Shown here piece by piece: positions 60,583 to 64,000 of a stretch of DNA of 64,000 nt (position 1 is its first letter; every line of letters begins with the position of its first letter). The notes under the pieces were generated by a model. It did not search any database, had not been told where the DNA came from, and saw only the letters and a list, made by a program, of their open reading frames with translations. This DNA comes from an uncultured Acidobacteriota bacterium (GTDB lineage: Bacteria > Acidobacteriota > Thermoanaerobaculia > Multivoradales > JAGPDF01), in the NCBI GenBank assembly GCA_963803995.1, contig CAWDOT010000004.1, positions 91,093-155,092 on the forward strand. Direction: 5' to 3'. The position numbers and the translations under genes were made by a program.

Positions 60583-61291
60583 CGGAGCCTTCCCGGTAGA
60601 GCACCGACAGGGTCTCGAGCATCGAGCGCGCCGCGCCGCGCGCCAGCCGCCCGGAGACCAGCGTGCCGGCGTCGCTCCGGCGCGTGACATGGGGCACCGG
60701 GACCTCGACGACGCGCCAGCCGCGCGCGAGCGCGAGCGCGGTGAGCGCCACGTTGGGCGCGAACAGGTCGGCGGGGAGCGTGGCCAGGGTGCCCTGCCAG
60801 CGCTCCCGGCGCAGCAACCGGAACGGGATGTTGACGTCGGCCGCGCCGGCGCCGCCGCCGAGAACGCGCACGGCCGCGCGGGCGACCGCCGACACCGCGC
60901 GCCGCGCGGCACGCTGGGGCCGGCCGATGCGCCGACCGAGCACGAGGTCCGCGCCCCGCCGCCGCTCCCAGAGCGCGGCGAACGCCGCCGCCGGGATCTC
61001 GCCGTCGGCGTCGGCCTGCGCGATCCACTCCGCTTCCGCCTCGCGATAGCCGCGCAGGACCGTCGGGCCGTGCCCCCGGTTGGCCTGCCGGGTCACGCGC
61101 AGGCGCGGGCTGCGCTCCGCGCGGTCGGCCAGGATCTCCGGCGTCGCGTCGCGCGAGCCGTCGTCGTAGATCAGGATCTCGTAGTCGATGCCGAGCCCGG
61201 CGAGCGCGCCGTCCCATTCGGCGAGAACGTCGCCGACGCGCGAGGCCTCGTCGAAGGCGGGCAGGACGAGCGCGAGCTCGCGCGCGGGCAT
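60575..61291 (-). CDS. Family-2 glycosyltransferase (polyprenyl-phosphate sugar synthase-like)
   Basis: LVLPAFDEASRV, IYDDGSRDAT, QADADGE (DxD-type) motifs. 238 aa. Confidence 0.7.
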   Translation of the reverse strand: MPARELALVLPAFDEASRVGDVLAEWDGALAGLGIDYEILIYDDGSRDATPEILADRAERSPRLRVTRQANRGHGPTVLRGYREAEAEWIAQADADGEIPAAAFAALWERRRGADLVLGRRIGRPQRAARRAVSAVARAAVRVLGGGAGAADVNIPFRLLRRERWQGTLATLPADLFAPNVALTALALARGWRVVEVPVPHVTRRSDAGTLVSGRLARGAARSMLETLSVLYREGSGA

Positions 61292-61444
61292 CGCGGCGAG
61301 CCTAGCAGAGCGTCCGGCGGCCTCCGGGCGCCCGCCGCCTCGTGCGAGACTCGCGCTGCAGCCCGCCCGCGCGGGTGGGCTGTCCCGGCCGGCGCGGTGC
61401 GATTCTGGAGGCGCGAGTTCCCGCGCAGCTCGCAGGAGGTGCCC

Positions 61445-62362
61445 ATGCGCGTCCAGAAGATCCTCCACCCCACCGACTTCTCTCCGGCCAGCCGGGCGGC
61501 GCTGCCGGCCGCGCTCTTCCTGGCGGAGCTGTTCGACGCCGAGCTGCTGATCGAGCACATGCTCGTCTTCCGCAGCGCCGACCTCGCCCACCCCGAGGCC
61601 CACTTCCCCGCCCCGGACGAGCTCTTCGCGAAGCTCCAGGCGATCGCCACGTCGCAGCTCGGCGAGCTGCTGAAGGGCGCGGCCGACCGGCCGCTGCGAC
61701 TGCGCCAGCGGGTCGTCCAAGCGCCGGACGAAACCCGCGGCATCCTCGATCGCGCCGAGGAGGAAGCGGTCGACCTGATCGTGCTCGGCACGCACGGGCG
61801 CACCGGCGCGATGCACCTGCTGATGGGCAGCGTCGCCGCGGAGGTGCTGCGCCACGCCCGCTGCCCGGTGCTGACCGTCCCTTCGGCCGCCGGGGCGCGG
61901 CCGTTCCGCAGGCTCGCCCGGATCCTCGCTGCCGACGACTTCTCGGCGCCGGCACGCCGCGCGCTCGACTTCGCGGCCGCGCTTGCGCGCAGGGTCGGCG
62001 CCGAGCTCGACCTCGCGCACGTGCTCGAATCGCCTGAGATGCCGGTGCCCCCGGGACCGGTGCCCATCGGATGGGGATCGACCTTCTACGAGGAGCTCGA
62101 GCCGACGGTGAGGGCCGGCCTCGCCGCCGACCGGCAGGCGCGCGCCGCGGAATGCGCCGGCCGCGACCACGTGCTGCGCGGCCGCGGCGCCCTCGCGCTG
62201 ATCGAGGCCGCCGAGGCGGAGAGCGTCGACCTCGTCGTCCAGGCCACCCAGGGGCGGACCGGACTCGACCGGCTGCTGCTCGGCAGCTTCGCCGAGCGGG
62301 TCGCCCGGCTCGCCCACTGTCCGGTCCTGACCGTTCCGGCGGGGGGCAAACTGCCGGTCTGA
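61445..62362 (+). CDS. Universal stress protein with tandem Usp domains
   Basis: GCAGGAGG upstream. Two copies of the pattern DLIVLGTHGRTG...GSVA..V...CPVLTV. Confidence 0.8.
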   Translation: MRVQKILHPTDFSPASRAALPAALFLAELFDAELLIEHMLVFRSADLAHPEAHFPAPDELFAKLQAIATSQLGELLKGAADRPLRLRQRVVQAPDETRGILDRAEEEAVDLIVLGTHGRTGAMHLLMGSVAAEVLRHARCPVLTVPSAAGARPFRRLARILAADDFSAPARRALDFAAALARRVGAELDLAHVLESPEMPVPPGPVPIGWGSTFYEELEPTVRAGLAADRQARAAECAGRDHVLRGRGALALIEAAEAESVDLVVQATQGRTGLDRLLLGSFAERVARLAHCPVLTVPAGGKLPV

Positions 62363-62495
62363 ACCGGGGCGGAAGGACGCCCGGGTCGTCCGGAACTGCC
62401 GGGCCGGCGTAGGGATCGGTGAGGGCGCGGCCGCCTCTCCCCGGTTTTCCTCCCTGCGGCGGCGGCGCTCTCGATTCTCCCGGTCTGCCCGCGCC

Positions 62496-62954
62496 TCAGG
62501 TCCGGGCGGCGTGCGCTTCCGCCTCGGCCAGCCACCCCCGGCGCAGCTTGCCCGGATCGACGTTCGACAGGTAGGGCTTGAGGTCGACCACCGGCGTGCC
62601 GTCGAGCATGTCGACCCCGCGCACGCGCAGCCGCGTCCCCTCGCGCCCGAGCAGCTCGACGACGGTCAGACCGAGGCGGTTCGGGCGCGTCGGCGAACGG
62701 GTCGCGAAGACGCCGTGGGACCGCTGCGCGTTCGGCGGATGCGCCACCAGCTCGACGCCCTCGACCCGGTCGAAGATCCAGAGCACGTAGAGGTGGGAGA
62801 AGCCTTCGATGTCGGCGAGGCCGGCCTCGAGCTCGGGCCGGACGTCGATCGTGCCCTCCGCCTCGTGCTTGGCGCCGAGCCCCTTGGGGATCTCGCCGGT
62901 GGCGGTGAACGGCGAGCGAACGGTGCCGATCGGGACCAGCCGGAACTCCTGCAT
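62496..62954 (-). CDS. trmO: tRNA (t6A37) methyltransferase TrmO / TsaA (YaeB) family
   Basis: IGTVRSPF, GFSHLYVLWIFD, ATRSPTRPNRLGLTVVEL, VDMLDGTPVVDLKPY. Confidence 0.8.
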   Translation of the reverse strand: MQEFRLVPIGTVRSPFTATGEIPKGLGAKHEAEGTIDVRPELEAGLADIEGFSHLYVLWIFDRVEGVELVAHPPNAQRSHGVFATRSPTRPNRLGLTVVELLGREGTRLRVRGVDMLDGTPVVDLKPYLSNVDPGKLRRGWLAEAEAHAART

Positions 62955-63094
62955 GGCGGCGCTCCTCTCGCCCCTGCTTCTATCACCGTCGGCGCCGGGC
63001 CGCTCGCGGCCTGCCGGCGCGTCGGCAGGCAACTCGCGGCTCCTCCGCTTCGTATCTGACCTGGAAAGGGCCTCCGGGGCCTGTCCCCGGCGGC

Positions 63095-63110
63095 TGGCAC
63101 CCGGTGTGCT
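63095..63110 (+). promoter_or_regulatory. Sigma54-type promoter-like motif with correct GG-N10-GC spacing
   Basis: TGGCACCCGGTGTGCT lies about 40 nt upstream of ATG 63149. The -12 element is GTGC instead of TTGC. Confidence 0.3.
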
Positions 63111-63148
63111 GCCCCGGAGGATGAACGCCGCGAGGGAGGGAGCTTCCG

Positions 63149-64000
63149 ATGACGCCGAACCGACCTGCCCGCCACCGCCTGGCGGTCTGCGCGCTGCTCG
63201 TGAGCGGCGCGGCCACGCTGTCGGGGTGCGCCTCGGGCGGCACCGGCGCCGGGCAGGTCGAGCAGATCCGGATCCAGATCCGTGAACGGGGGCTCGATCC
63301 GGTGGCGATCGCCGTCCCCTTCGAGACCGACGACGAGATGCGCGGCTGGGCGCGGGCCAGCGTCTCCCGGGACGCGAAGGACGAGGAGCGGCTCCAGGAG
63401 CTGCTGCTCGACCTGCTCGAGCGCGACGGGCGCAAGCTCGTCTACGACCGCAACCGGACCGCCACGGCGCGCGAGGTCTGGCGCGACGGCGTCGCCAACT
63501 GCCTCTCCTTCACCCATCTCTTCGTCGGACTGGCGCGCGACCTCGGCCTGCCCGTCTACTACCTGCGCATCGCCGACTCTCCCCACTACGAGCGGGAGGG
63601 CGAGCTGGTGGTCGCCTCCGAGCACGTCGCCGCCGCCTGGGGCCCGCCCCACAAGCGACGCGTGCTCGACTTCAGCGAGGAGCCGGTCGGCGTCTACCAC
63701 CAGACGCAGGTGGTCTCCGATCTGACCGCGGTCGCCCTCTACTACTCCAACCTGGGCGCCGGCCGGATCCGCGCGGGCCGGATCGAGGAGTCGCTCGCCG
63801 CGCTGGAGATCGCGACGCGCGTCGATCCCGAGCTCGCCGACGGCTGGGTCAACCTCGGCGTGGCGCTGCGCATGACCGGGCGGACCGGCGAGGCGGAGTC
63901 GGCGTTCCGGCGCGCGCTCGAGGTCAACCCCGCGATGATGTCCGCCTACAACAACCTCGCCTCGCTGCTGCGCCAGGGCGGACGCGACGAGGAGGCGCGC
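63149..64000 (+). CDS. Lipoprotein with transglutaminase-like core and TPR repeats (3' end outside window)
   Basis: GAGGGAGGG upstream. Lipobox LSGCAS. NCLSFTHLFVGLARDLGLPVYY (Cys-containing transglutaminase-like core), then TPR-like AALEIATRVDPELADGWVNLGVALRMTGRTGEAESAFRRALEVNP. It is not in the ORF track because no stop lies in the window. Confidence 0.6.
   Translation, partial: MTPNRPARHRLAVCALLVSGAATLSGCASGGTGAGQVEQIRIQIRERGLDPVAIAVPFETDDEMRGWARASVSRDAKDEERLQELLLDLLERDGRKLVYDRNRTATAREVWRDGVANCLSFTHLFVGLARDLGLPVYYLRIADSPHYEREGELVVASEHVAAAWGPPHKRRVLDFSEEPVGVYHQTQVVSDLTAVALYYSNLGAGRIRAGRIEESLAALEIATRVDPELADGWVNLGVALRMTGRTGEAESAFRRALEVNPAMMSAYNNLASLLRQGGRDEEAR

Overview
About 70% GC bacterial chromosomal segment. 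I cannot assign a taxon from the sequence alone. I saw no rRNA, CRISPR array, transposase, integrase or phage genes.

Gene order:
- A permease 3' end.
- An exopolysaccharide O-acetylation region: a TolB/LamG-like secreted protein and two AlgI-like MBOAT + AlgJ-like modules that flank a DinB-family gene and a class-V aminotransferase.
- A heme-copper oxidase operon: small TM subunit, CuA subunit II, B-family-like subunit I, SCO1, an unusual cytochrome b/FeS/MvhD fusion, and a hypothetical.
- An MltF-like lytic transglycosylase, then tRNA-Glu and tRNA-Lys.
- Lipoprotein and Ig-like genes, a CcsBA cytochrome c biogenesis fusion, purA, and an amidohydrolase.
- A class-I HMG-CoA reductase with an extra N-terminal domain, a UbiB kinase, and WS/DGAT.
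- A sulfur island: psrABC-like molybdoenzyme, split YeeE/YedE, rhodanese, sigma54 activator, TusE/DsrC-like gene, FadL-family outer-membrane channel, and a diheme cytochrome c.
- Patatin, two phasins and phaR.
- Two tandem, nearly identical secreted Cys-rich paralogs.
- A ferredoxin, cbpA/dnaJ-like gene and clpB.
- A desaturase, a two-component system, and a DUF2298 + TIGR03663 + GT2 + UDP-galactopyranose-mutase-like cluster.
- Tandem Usp, trmO, and a transglutaminase/TPR lipoprotein (3' end outside the window).

Main oddities:
1. Three same-orientation copies of an unclassified intergenic element. Each has a 35-50 nt polypurine tract, then CCCATAGAAGGG, then a variable 170-250 nt interior, then CTTCTATGG.
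2. Frame switches of +/-1 nt are extremely clumped. I count about 30 in the psr-yeeE-rhodanese block, about 8 in algI copy 1 and 5 in oxidase subunit I. Many long neighbouring genes, such as clpB, have none.
3. Oxidase subunit I lacks the His-Tyr cross-link tyrosine, which is an NO-reductase-like trait.
4. The sigma54-centred sulfur island includes a FadL-type channel.
5. There are homogenised tandem paralogs and a gene-conversion-like tract between the two algI copies.

Most very long ORFs in the supplied track that lie antisense or off-frame to these genes are high-GC artefacts. All family calls come from motif recognition by eye. No searches were run.
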